A stretch of DNA of 64,000 bases from contig CDRNVI010000053.1 in the NCBI GenBank assembly GCA_977017575.1, positions 248,001-312,000 on the forward strand. The letters are read 5' to 3'. Every line of letters starts with the position of its first letter. Within the stretch, counting starts at the first letter, position 1. The position numbers and the translations under genes are program-made. Of this stretch, positions 1 through 9,820 are shown piece after piece. Below the pieces are notes generated by a model. That model saw only the letters and a program-made list of their open reading frames with translations. It made no database searches and had not been told where the DNA came from. This stretch comes from Paramoeba atlantica (taxonomy: Eukaryota > Protista > Discosea).

Positions 1-1
1 A

Positions 2-325
2 TTGTTTCTGAGGGGCAATAACCTATCAGAATCACTCTGCCTCGTTGGGATTCAGGATAATTTTGATATACTGGCATTGGATGACAATAACTTTGAAGGG
101 TGTGTAGATCTAACGTCCCTTCCTAGGGCCCTTCGCGAGTTATACCTTCAGAAAAATAAATTGTCGGGTTCTGTAAGGTTTAATAACCTTCCTGAATACA
201 TTGAAACGATCGATTTGTCACACAATGAGATCAAGGAATACGAGCCCAAGGTTGTGCCACGGTGCACTGTTACTTCTTCCGAAGACGTACTAGTATTGAA
301 GGGATCTGTTGAAATGATAACATAG
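2..325 (+). CDS. Leucine-rich repeat protein, 3' part only (truncated by window edge)
   Basis: LxLxxNxLSG repeats. Near-identical at the nucleotide level to the C-terminal third of the LRR gene ending at 1876. Confidence 0.85.
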   Translation: MFLRGNNLSESLCLVGIQDNFDILALDDNNFEGCVDLTSLPRALRELYLQKNKLSGSVRFNNLPEYIETIDLSHNEIKEYEPKVVPRCTVTSSEDVLVLKGSVEMIT

Positions 326-355
326 CCTTTGAGTCAGGATCAAAACGTAAATATA

Positions 356-704
356 CTGTCCCCCCCCTACTTATCTGTCACTACGTTTCGCGAAAGGGTG
401 ATAGATAACTAAGGGGGGGGGTAGGGGTGTGACAGATAACTAGGCGTATCAGTGTGCGACAGATAACTAGGGAGGGTGTCTGTCACAAAAAAAAGTCAGA
501 ACATGGAATTACAGGAACGGTTTATAATAGCACCACGCTCGACCATTCGCTTGAAACAGAAAAAAAAATGTATGTTTCATTTTATGATTTTTTTCGGAAA
601 AAAGCATTTTACTTATTTTTAAAAAATGACAGATAACTAAGGGGGGTAGTCGAAGAAAAAAATTCGAAGTGCCAAAAAGTGACAGATAACTAGGAGGGGC
701 ACAG
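356..704. mobile_element. MITE-like element (349 bp), TA-flanked, Tc1/mariner type
   Basis: The left end CTGTCCCCCCCCTACTTATCTGTCACT matches the reverse complement of the right end (CTGTGCCCCTCCTAGTTATCTGTCACT). TA lies at 354-355 and 705-706. The motif GACAGATAACT recurs at 431, 458, 628 and 681 (the last within the right TIR). Confidence 0.8.
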
Positions 705-958
705 TACTACAAAATTTCAAGTAAGTAGTACGTCCTTTTAAATATCCCGTACTTAGTACGGGAACCATTTGTGTATAGGCGCCAATACTTATTTTGAACT
801 GTGTTCCGGGTTATTGCACTTCGCGTTGAAAACTACTTCCCCGTTAAACGACATCCCTGTTTTTCAAAGTTCACTGTTCCACAAATTTCTTTTCTGTGTA
901 CTTTATCGAAAGTATAGATTTATTTTTTCGTTTCTTTCATTCATATATCCCCGACCTT

Positions 959-1876
959 ATGAACCCTGTGATCTCTATCACGTTGCGTCACATCCATTGT
1001 GCGGATTCAAGTTGTACCAAAAAAGGCCGCATTCGAGGCTCGTCGTTTCCTGCCGAAGTGGACCTTGCACGGCTTGTCGCAAAGATTACGAATCCACACC
1101 CTTCATGGAAGACTACTGTCCCACTGGAGAAATGGCATGGTGTCCGATTAAGTAAGGACGGAGAACTTGAACACATCTTCTGGGGAGGGTTTAGTGGAAG
1201 AAGCAAATACGGTCATAAGGAAGGTCTGCGGGGCGAGTTAATTTGGAGGTTTCTCCCGACTGAACTACAAACATTTGCTATTAACTGTGGAATGGATTTA
1301 AAAGGGATGGTGCCATTGAACGAGTTACCTGCTTCCATGACACACCTTAGCCTACGATATTGCCAGTATAGTGGACCCCTTGATTTTTCTCAAGCGCCGT
1401 CCGAAATGCGCACTATTCATCTTGACCACAATGAATTTTCGGGCCCATTGGAATTATCACAACTACCCCCTAATATGTATTCGCTGCGGCTGGAGTACAA
1501 CCGCTTTTCCGGTGAAATAACGCTTAAAAATCTTCCGAAGGATATGAACGAATTGTTTCTGACCGGGAACAAACTATCAGGATCACTCTGCCTCATTGGC
1601 ATTCAGGATAAGCTGCGTATATTGGCATTGGATGACAATAACTTCGAAGGGTGTGTAGATCTAACGTCCCTTCCTAGGGCCCTTCGCGAGTTATACCTTC
1701 AGAAAAATAAATTGTCGGGTTCTGTAAGGTTTGATAACATTCCTCAATACATTCATACGATCGATTTGTCAAACAATGAAATCAAGGAATACGAGCCCAA
1801 GGTTGTTCCACATTGCACTGTTTCCTCTTCTGAAGATGTACTTGTGTTGAAGAGAGCTGTTGAAATGATAATATAG
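959..1876 (+). CDS. Leucine-rich repeat protein (ORF open from 896)
   Basis: N-cap SWxxxxPxxxWxGV followed by about 7 LRRs (LxLxxNxFSG). Confidence 0.9.
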   Translation: MNPVISITLRHIHCADSSCTKKGRIRGSSFPAEVDLARLVAKITNPHPSWKTTVPLEKWHGVRLSKDGELEHIFWGGFSGRSKYGHKEGLRGELIWRFLPTELQTFAINCGMDLKGMVPLNELPASMTHLSLRYCQYSGPLDFSQAPSEMRTIHLDHNEFSGPLELSQLPPNMYSLRLEYNRFSGEITLKNLPKDMNELFLTGNKLSGSLCLIGIQDKLRILALDDNNFEGCVDLTSLPRALRELYLQKNKLSGSVRFDNIPQYIHTIDLSNNEIKEYEPKVVPHCTVSSSEDVLVLKRAVEMII

Positions 1877-1923
1877 CCTTTGAATCACGAAGCGTTTGAA
1901 GCAGGATCGAGGTCTAGTAGATA

Positions 1924-2119
1924 CAACCCAGGCTAAAGTGTACGAGGGAGATACTAAAGGTACCTTTGGAAAACCACCTCAAAACTGGAACGATATCTCC
2001 CGTTAAAGACCCTTTTGTCACATCAGAATGCTCTACAAACCGGGAGATACCGTTCCAGTTTTGAGGTGGTTTTCCAAAGGTACCTTTAGTATCTCCCTTG
2101 TCCACTTTAGCCAGGGTTG
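1924..2119. mobile_element. Foldback/MITE-like element with 79-bp inverted arms
   Basis: 1924-2002 is the reverse complement of 2041-2119 with 4 mismatches, around a 38-bp spacer. Flanks are TA (left) and CA (right). Confidence 0.7.
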
Positions 2120-2186
2120 CATAGCCATTGGAACATGCTCCCTAGGACCCCTTACAGCTTCCCACGCGAGGAAGTCGTCGTCGCCG

Positions 2187-2227
2187 AGGCAAAAAGGCAG
2201 AAGACTCCGCCTTCTGCCTTTTTGCCT
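2187..2227. repeat. Perfect 17-bp hairpin, 7-nt loop
   Basis: AGGCAAAAAGGCAGAAG-actccgc-CTTCTGCCTTTTTGCCT. Confidence 0.85.
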
Positions 2228-2600
2228 TGCGCCTCCTCCTTCCTCTAAGGCCTTGCGTGTCACACACTTCCACGTAACGTTTGGCCTCCGTAGGTGTATT
2301 ACCGGCGCAGGGTGGAGAAATATTGAATGAAACCAAAGCGTATACTGGTATATCAGGCCCCAAACTCTCAATAAAAGGTCAATAAAGGAGTTGATTTCGG
2401 AAAAATATACTTTTTCACCTTCACCCATAAATTTTTAGTTTTTTTTGCAAAATCTCAAAAATTGCTATGATCACCCTGGTGGGGAGTGGGGAGGGGGCAG
2501 GGGGTACCCATCGGAATTGTTGAAAAACTAATTATCTTGTCACTGAATTCGATTCATACATTTTTGTAAACATTTTTTTCGCAAGCTCACCTGAAACGAT

Positions 2601-2663
2601 ATCGGGCACGAAATCGGGCCACAAATCGGGCATGAAATCGGGCCACAAATCGGGCACGAAATC
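2601..2663. repeat. 12-bp tandem repeat, 5 copies, alternating A/B variants
   Basis: ATCGGGCACGAA / ATCGGGCCACAA / ATCGGGCATGAA / ATCGGGCCACAA / ATCGGGCACGAA. Confidence 0.9.
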
Positions 2664-2812
2664 TGCTCTCATACGGTAGAGAGGGAGCAGTATCTCCCTC
2701 AACAAAGTGTTTAATGTACTTTGAAATACAGTAATTGATGCACTTTAAGAGGACCGACTCATTGAGCTTTCCCCGCTTTATCATATTTACATTTCGTATT
2801 ACAATACTTTAA

Positions 2813-4198
2813 ATGGCCAAAATACGTCGAACCGGATTGAAAGAGATAACGTCCACCTCTCTGGAGGATGACATTCACCGCGATCACTACGCGCATCCGA
2901 AACGCAAGCTGAAGCCAACTGCCCTTGAAACCCGACTTCGGGGCCCGAAACCTGACCTCACCTCTTCCACCTGTGGGCTCGATGGCCACGACAACGCCGA
3001 AGACAGGGAGGAGGACCGCCCGGGTATGAGTGCTAAAATGACCGCAGCATGGCTGCAAATGGCAAAGGAAGAGCGGAGCGTCGTGGAAGATCAGGAACAG
3101 AACGCCGACCAAGGCAATCTAGACGATGACAGCGACGAGGTCGCACAACTTGAGATGGACGACCCAACCTCCGTTGCGAGCGCATTCCCCGAGTTCACCC
3201 AAGACCTCTCCGGTTTCGAACTTGACCCCAAAGAGGAGGCCGCGCTGCAAACCTTCAAACCCACCGACCTCAGTCAATCCCGTACCTTAGCCGATATTAT
3301 CATGGCTCAAATTGAACAACAAAAACTGCAACACGAACAACATCAACAAGAACTCCCAAAACCCCATATTCCCCCCTCTTCCCCCCCTTCCCCCTCCACC
3401 CCCTCCCCCTCCCTCTACCCCACCCTCGGCCGCCTCCTCTCCACCTACACCTCCGGCCCCCTCCCCAAAGCCTTCAAACTCCTCCCCCAGCTCCCCCACT
3501 GGGAGCCCCTCCTCCACGCCACCCACCCCCCCGACTGGTCCCCCCACGCGCTCTACGCCGCCACCCGTCTCTTCGCCTCGAATCTTAACTCTTCAAGCGC
3601 ACAGCGCTTTTTTAATCTCTTCCTACTCCCCGCTATTATCTCAGCACTGGCCTCCCCGAAATCCGAAGCCAAACTCGCGTTACACCCACTAAGGCTACAG
3701 GCGATTCAAAAAGCGATGTTCAAACCCCAGGCCTTTATCGCGGGGTTCCTGATTCCCTTTTGTGCGACCCCCGAGGTGAGTGCGGCGCAGGCCGGGATCG
3801 TTGCGGTCGCGCTTCAACGGAGTTCCATCCCCTCGATTCCGGTAGCGCTCGGGCTGGTGAAGTTGTCCCAGATGAAGTATAGCCCCGTGACCGCTGTGAT
3901 GATGAAGACATTGCTGGGGAAACGGAATAAACTGCCCCTCCAGGCGGTGGATACCCTTGTGGGGTTCTTTTGTGGGTTTGGCAAAAAAGAAGGGGATAAG
4001 GGGGGGAGGGGGGGTCCGGGGGTTCTTCCGGTGAGCTGGCACCAGACGCTGCGGTTGTTTGTGCAGGTGTATGGGGGGGAGCTGGTGGCGGAGCAGGTGC
4101 CGCTGTTGCGGGAGGTCGCCCAGCGGCATTTTCATGCGGAGGTGACGCCGGAGATTGTGGCGATGTTAAAGGGGCTGGAGCAGGGTGGGGGGAGGTAG
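2813..4198 (+). CDS. BYSL: Bystin (pre-40S assembly factor Enp1)
   Basis: Conserved motifs TLADIIMAQI, SGPLPKAFKLLP, WSPHALYAATRLFASNL and LPVSWHQTL. Confidence 0.95.
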   Translation: MAKIRRTGLKEITSTSLEDDIHRDHYAHPKRKLKPTALETRLRGPKPDLTSSTCGLDGHDNAEDREEDRPGMSAKMTAAWLQMAKEERSVVEDQEQNADQGNLDDDSDEVAQLEMDDPTSVASAFPEFTQDLSGFELDPKEEAALQTFKPTDLSQSRTLADIIMAQIEQQKLQHEQHQQELPKPHIPPSSPPSPSTPSPSLYPTLGRLLSTYTSGPLPKAFKLLPQLPHWEPLLHATHPPDWSPHALYAATRLFASNLNSSSAQRFFNLFLLPAIISALASPKSEAKLALHPLRLQAIQKAMFKPQAFIAGFLIPFCATPEVSAAQAGIVAVALQRSSIPSIPVALGLVKLSQMKYSPVTAVMMKTLLGKRNKLPLQAVDTLVGFFCGFGKKEGDKGGRGGPGVLPVSWHQTLRLFVQVYGGELVAEQVPLLREVAQRHFHAEVTPEIVAMLKGLEQGGGR

Positions 4199-4461
4199 GG
4201 GAGGGCGAGGGGTGGGTGAGGAGGTAGTTTTTAAAATTTGGAGGAGAAAAGTATTTTTTTGGATTGTGTTAAGGGAAAGCGGTAAGGAGAATTTATGTGG
4301 AGGAAATTAAGATGTAATGTGCAACAAGTGAAATTTCCTCATGCCGGAAAAATATCAAAGTACTTCACTGCGGGAAATCAGTGCGAGATTCGTTTGCTCA
4401 ACACAACGTTTTCAAAAATGTACATCTCTTTTTTCATAGTTTTATTGTCCTCTTTAGCGAA

Positions 4462-5076
4462 ATGATAAATTCGTTACTACGCATCCTCTCCGCAGACACT
4501 CCTTCGAAACCTGCGACGCGTGCAAAGATTCGAGGTGCAGTTCTGCCCGTGGAATATGATCTGGAGCGGTTTATTAGTAATGTGACTAATCCAAGCTCAA
4601 CATGGACAGTAGCAAACCATGCGTTCAAGTGGGACGGTGTGCGAAAAAATCGTGACGAGGTAGTGGGGGAAATTGTGTGGCAGGGGCGTAGTCTCTCAGG
4701 AACATTGTGCTGGGAGTACATGCCAAGCACACTTACATTTTTTGACATTCAAGATAATCGTATGGCAGGCGAAGTGACGTTTAGCGTATTGCCCCATACG
4801 CTAAAAACATTAACACTTTCTCGCAATTGCTTTACGGGACATCTGGATATGGCATCTGTTCCGCGCACCCTGTCAGCATTGTTTTTAGTCTCAAATAGAT
4901 TTCATGGCGAAGTGAGGACGAGACAAATCTACCCAGAACTTGCTTATTTCTACATATCCGACAATCCTGATCTTACAGGGAGTATTGTTCAAGCGCAACT
5001 CGCCAATCCCGATGTAAAACTCGGCTCTATGGTTTCATCTGGGTACATAGGCAACACTCAAGTGGAAGTGCATTGA
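4462..5076 (+). CDS. Leucine-rich repeat protein (ORF open from 4381)
   Basis: N-cap STW...WDGV, then LRRs such as LTLSRNCFTGHLD and LFLVSNRFHG. Confidence 0.85.
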   Translation: MINSLLRILSADTPSKPATRAKIRGAVLPVEYDLERFISNVTNPSSTWTVANHAFKWDGVRKNRDEVVGEIVWQGRSLSGTLCWEYMPSTLTFFDIQDNRMAGEVTFSVLPHTLKTLTLSRNCFTGHLDMASVPRTLSALFLVSNRFHGEVRTRQIYPELAYFYISDNPDLTGSIVQAQLANPDVKLGSMVSSGYIGNTQVEVH

Positions 5077-5583
5077 AGATTGATGCTTCAGTAGGTGTCA
5101 TTGCTGTTATGAAGCTCAGGAGTAGAAAAGAAGACGAGGGATAAATCTTTAATTTCCACTGCACGAGAGATCTATAGAATCTGTAAATAGAAAAGATGCT
5201 TGTTGTCTAATAATTACAAACATAAAAAATGTTGGTTGTCTAAATGTTTATATCAAATGATAAGGAAAGCACATGCATCTGCTTCTTATATCCTATAACG
5301 CACTTCGTTATAGAGAAAAACCCACTGACTAGTGAAGATTAAACTATTTTTGAATAGACAACCGTATCAGAGCTGAGCATACGATTGGCTTGGTAAATTT
5401 TGTCAGTTTTTTATTGATTTTCATCCGAAATAGTGTTGTGATACAGAAAGAAGTATGTTACACAACTCATTGCCTTGTTTCATGTAGGCTTGAATTATTC
5501 AAGCTCAAATTCTAATATATCTGCAGTCGAGAGGGACCAAAGACGAACGAAGGGGCAAAAGAGTTGCTCATAGAGCTGTTCTG

Positions 5584-6309
5584 ATGTGCTACAACCATAA
5601 AAATAATGAAGACTCTAAACCGCCTTCACCCGAAAACAGCGTCGTGAATTTACCATCTCCTTCCTTACAACCTAACATGCGAGTCCCGCTGCTGGTCTGT
5701 TTTGACTTTGATCGAACCATCACGACACAACACACGCACGGCGTGCAGCCGCTTCAAAATCTAACAGAGACCCATGTTCGGCGAAACTTTCGTGATTTCT
5801 CATTTTTCTCTCATTTGTGTCATTCCTTACACAACGCGGGACATCGGCTCGCCATTGCGACGTTTGCAGACTCTCGTTTTGCGCGGCATCTGCCCGTGGA
5901 GAGGAGTCCTATCGCTGGGGCTGCCCTTGTGTTACGTTACATGGACGTAGCTTTCGGTTCTCCACGTCCTTTTCTACAAGAAAGTGACATGGCATGTTGG
6001 TATGAGTCCAATCAGGTCCGGGGAAAAAATGCGCATCTCCGAGAGCTGCGGTACAAGTTTACGAAATCCTGCAGTGCGCATGATAAGAGACGGGGCCGAT
6101 TCCCGCGCGAGAGAGTCGTGCTCTTTGATGATGACGAGAACAATATAAGAAGAGCGGAAGAGAAAGGCTACAAAGCGTTTCACTGTCCCGACGGGCTCAC
6201 CGGTCGATGGTTTCATGCACACCCAAGACTGTCTTCCACCCTATGTGTTAACCCACCAATAGCAGCATCTGATATAAGTGGCTTTTCTAAGCAACACAAG
6301 ATACCATAA
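5584..6309 (+). CDS. HAD-superfamily hydrolase/phosphatase (MDP1-like, cap-less type)
   Basis: Motif I FDFDRT, motif II AIAT, motif III K (GKNAHL), motif IV LFDDDENN. Confidence 0.7.
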   Translation: MCYNHKNNEDSKPPSPENSVVNLPSPSLQPNMRVPLLVCFDFDRTITTQHTHGVQPLQNLTETHVRRNFRDFSFFSHLCHSLHNAGHRLAIATFADSRFARHLPVERSPIAGAALVLRYMDVAFGSPRPFLQESDMACWYESNQVRGKNAHLRELRYKFTKSCSAHDKRRGRFPRERVVLFDDDENNIRRAEEKGYKAFHCPDGLTGRWFHAHPRLSSTLCVNPPIAASDISGFSKQHKIP

Positions 6310-6576
6310 AGAGCAGAAATGCTTAGCTTTCTTGCTTGGTTACTTGATGAAATTAAAATCCATCTACAATATCAATACATATTGAATACTCAACTTTGTA
6401 TACATTGTAAATGAAGTACATATGGAACGTAGCAGACTACTACGTTTTTCTATTTGCCCGACGCAACTGTATCTAACTTTATCTAGGCATTATAAAGAAA
6501 CCGCAATAGCAGAAAAACCTGAGATTCTAGAAATGACTTCGTTCAATATCATATTCGAACGCTACTGTATTATGAT

Positions 6577-9543
6577 ATGATACGCATTGTGTCCTGTCTT
6601 TTACGGCGCGAACCGTCAGATCGACTTGATCCGGAAACGACTACAAATGATACGGAACCCGCTACGCCGACGATCCCAACCACTTCAACGGCAGATTCTA
6701 ACGGCAACAACCGCACAAGGATCGAAAGAGAACATGTCGATTCCACAGACCCCCTGTCCGGCGCCAAATCCTTAGATTCTCCAGCATCCATCGAGACCCC
6801 TCCTGACCCCGAATCCAATATTCCTTCCGAGTGTGACGAAGTTGAGACCGAAAATTCATCCAATGCCCATGAAAATTTACCTCATGCTTCTTCCCTTCGT
6901 AAAGACGCCATCCCCGATCATGCATCCCTCGACTTCTCTTCCCATGCCATGACATCCGATCGCATCGCATCCAAAACGGAAACCACAACAGAGAGTGCGA
7001 CGACAAAGATGGAAAATCATGATTGCGATATCCATGATGGTGATACGGAGAACAACCATCCCGATCTTATACATCGCGATGTGGATGCCAACCATGCTCT
7101 GGATACAAATCGAGATACAGATACAAATCGAGATACGGATACCCATCATGATCTTGATACAAATCGTGATACGGACACAAATCACAATCTTGATACAAAT
7201 CAAGATAGCGTTACCCATCATGATCTTGATACCCATCGTGCTAGCGATACCAATCCCGACCTTGATACCCATGGAGATACGGATACCCATCACAATCTTG
7301 ATACCAACCATGATCGCGGTACCCATCGAGATAGCCATAAATCGGACCGTTCCCCCTCTCCGCCCTCCGAGCCCCCACCTCGTATGGCCACAGACGATGA
7401 GATTCTCGCAGAAGTGCTGGCCGCGGAGCAAACGTTCCCGATCTCCCCCCTTGTCTACACGTGTGACATTTGCCCTAAAGTCATCTTTAGCTCCGAGGCC
7501 TCCCTGGAGCACCACGTCGCGACCCGACATAAGAGTATGATGGAGGGGATTCATGATGTGTTGGGGCGTCGGAAGGAACTGATGCAGGGGGAGGGAACCC
7601 CGAACAAGGCGAATACAGAGGAAACAGAGAAAACGAGCGCGTATGAACAAAAGGTACGAAATCTCGGAAAGCGTGCGTTCGAGATTGCCGCACGACGCGA
7701 TGCGGGGTATGAAATGTTACGTCGAGCCGCGCTGGCACGACAGCAGCTGCAGTGTGTGGTGTCGCAATGGAATGCAAACGCGGAGGTGTTTATCTTTGGT
7801 TCGAGTCTCGTGATGGGGTCCTGGGACGGGAACTCGGACCTGGATTTTGCGGTGGTCGATCCAAAGGCGTTTATGGAACGGAAATGGCCCCCGGATGAGC
7901 GTCATGCGGTACGGGAGCTTACGACGCTACTCGAGGCTGCTGGGCTGCGGACGTCCTCACTGGAGTGCGTGGACAGTGCCCGGGTGCCGATTGTGAAGCA
8001 TAAAACGCTTCAGGGGGATTTGTGGAAACCTGGAGAAGAGGGGAAGGATGAGTCTGGTCGTGAGCGTCGTAGTGTGACGGTGTCGTGCGTGGTAGTGCCG
8101 AAGGAGTTTGATGCAGAAAAATTAGAGACACACGTGCGTGACGTCGTGAGGGAGGCTGGGGTGTTGGAAACAGCTTCGTGGGATAACCGTCGTGGGTTAC
8201 GCGTGGTGTGTGCCACGACGACGGATGCACTAGTTGCGACGTTGAATTTGAATCGAAATCTGAAGTCGGAAAAGGTGGTTAAGCTCCGCGCTCGGCCCTC
8301 GAACAGCATGCGAGCGCCAGAAATTCACGGAGTGGACTTTGACCTGTGCTTGCGGCAGTTTGGTATTCGAAACTCGGAGTATCTTCGGCAGCTGCACAGT
8401 TCTTTTCCAAACAGCCCGTATCTTCGATGTGGGGCCGTCATTGTCAAGGAATGGTCAAAACTGTGGGGTGTGAATAACTCATTCATGGGGTTTCTGACAT
8501 CTTATGCGGTAAACATCATGTGGATCTACTTTTTAATGCAACGAAATGTAATTCCCTATGTAGATCCCGCGTCTACCTCGGAAGACCCGAGTAAGGCGGC
8601 AAGGGAACCCACCCATGTTTCCATACTTCCTGGCGACTTTGAGGAGCCCAGTTCTCAACTCCAAATGGGAGAGCTGCTGACCCAGTTTTTTCATTTCTAT
8701 GCCACTGAATTTGACTGGGAAAATCATGTTATCACGCTAAACCGGCCCGGAATCACAACCAAAAGTGCGCTGAAGTGGGAACCCGTCAACGAAGTCAAGC
8801 TCAGCCGGCAGAGCAAAAACGTACGCTATGTGCTGTGCATCGAGGACCCCTATGAGCCCAACCTCAACCTTGGGCGACATTTGGGCATCTGCAAGGCACG
8901 CAAAATTAAAGCCGAGTTTGTACGCGCTGCATTGTCTCTCCGAGATGAACCGCCGGAGAGCTGTGCGCTTTTTCTTGTCAAAGGCGCCCCGACGCCTCAC
9001 GTCGCGCTTCGTGATCCCCCAAACGAAGCCGTGGAGAAACTCCGCGAAGTTACTGAAGCCCATTTCAAGTCCCAGGAGGCCAATGACACTGCACAGCCCG
9101 TCACCATTGACTCCCTCCGTGACGCATTTCTCCAGGAGGCTCCGGAGGCTTTTAAAACAACCACTCAGTTCTGGAAATGGCGTATTCTAATACGTCGCCT
9201 CGGGCTGCGTCAAGTCATCGATCGTATCGAGCGTCGCACACGCTTTGCCTTCACCCCCTCCCATGGACGTGGGGAAGCCATGGTGCGCATTCCGACGACA
9301 CGAAATCGACAGGAGAACCCCTCGAGTCCAGCTACAGGCTCAGGGGTGCAGGGATCCGATAACAGTAAGAGTCCTCCTGTAATAGTAAAGGTGAGTGCAC
9401 CTGCAGGGAGGATATCCACTTTGCCATGGAACCCCACATTGGGTGTGTACTCCCGCATCGGGATGCGGAGCTTCCGAGGAAGGGAGACACTTTGGAATAG
9501 TGCGGTCCGTGTCTTTTCGAAGTGCGTTCGACCTTTAGTCTGA
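6577..9543 (+). CDS. RET1: Terminal uridylyltransferase, RET1/KRET1-like (mitochondrial RNA 3' uridylation)
   Basis: C2H2 finger CDICPKVIFSSEASLEHHVATRH upstream of the nucleotidyltransferase motif FGSS...DGNSDLDF. Also GFLTSYAVNIM, PAP-associated IEDPYEPNLNLGRHL, and a basic transit-like N-terminus. Size and architecture fit RET1; the exact paralog is not verified. Confidence 0.75.
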   Translation: MIRIVSCLLRREPSDRLDPETTTNDTEPATPTIPTTSTADSNGNNRTRIEREHVDSTDPLSGAKSLDSPASIETPPDPESNIPSECDEVETENSSNAHENLPHASSLRKDAIPDHASLDFSSHAMTSDRIASKTETTTESATTKMENHDCDIHDGDTENNHPDLIHRDVDANHALDTNRDTDTNRDTDTHHDLDTNRDTDTNHNLDTNQDSVTHHDLDTHRASDTNPDLDTHGDTDTHHNLDTNHDRGTHRDSHKSDRSPSPPSEPPPRMATDDEILAEVLAAEQTFPISPLVYTCDICPKVIFSSEASLEHHVATRHKSMMEGIHDVLGRRKELMQGEGTPNKANTEETEKTSAYEQKVRNLGKRAFEIAARRDAGYEMLRRAALARQQLQCVVSQWNANAEVFIFGSSLVMGSWDGNSDLDFAVVDPKAFMERKWPPDERHAVRELTTLLEAAGLRTSSLECVDSARVPIVKHKTLQGDLWKPGEEGKDESGRERRSVTVSCVVVPKEFDAEKLETHVRDVVREAGVLETASWDNRRGLRVVCATTTDALVATLNLNRNLKSEKVVKLRARPSNSMRAPEIHGVDFDLCLRQFGIRNSEYLRQLHSSFPNSPYLRCGAVIVKEWSKLWGVNNSFMGFLTSYAVNIMWIYFLMQRNVIPYVDPASTSEDPSKAAREPTHVSILPGDFEEPSSQLQMGELLTQFFHFYATEFDWENHVITLNRPGITTKSALKWEPVNEVKLSRQSKNVRYVLCIEDPYEPNLNLGRHLGICKARKIKAEFVRAALSLRDEPPESCALFLVKGAPTPHVALRDPPNEAVEKLREVTEAHFKSQEANDTAQPVTIDSLRDAFLQEAPEAFKTTTQFWKWRILIRRLGLRQVIDRIERRTRFAFTPSHGRGEAMVRIPTTRNRQENPSSPATGSGVQGSDNSKSPPVIVKVSAPAGRISTLPWNPTLGVYSRIGMRSFRGRETLWNSAVRVFSKCVRPLV
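7068..7335 (+). repeat. Coding tandem repeat (18/36-bp units; DTNRDT / HHDLDT)
   Basis: Repeated GATACAAATCGAGATAC and ACCCATCATGATCTTGAT units inside the TUTase N-terminal extension. Confidence 0.85.
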
Positions 9544-9820
9544 ATCGGGCCTCCTTGTTGAGAGTCACTTTATAAGGCATCTTTCGCTTCGGAGAGATTC
9601 TCTTTATTGGATAACCGTCATGAATTATGTACTCTAGTAAATAAAACACTCATCATGATAGTGAACTTTGAAAGGCTTGAAAGCGTTTAAATTAAAATAC
9701 TCAAGTTCAATAAGCGTTTTGTTTTCGAACATTCAAAAGCAATTTCACGTTACTCACATCTAAGTTTTATTCATTCAATCGTCTTTTTCACCCCTACTTT
9801 GTGCGTTTACATGTCGTGAA

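Noticed and set aside
2187-2250. Helitron 3' end (hairpin plus CTRR)
   Set aside because: The spacing to CTAA is long, and no 5' TC end or A/T insertion site could be defined.
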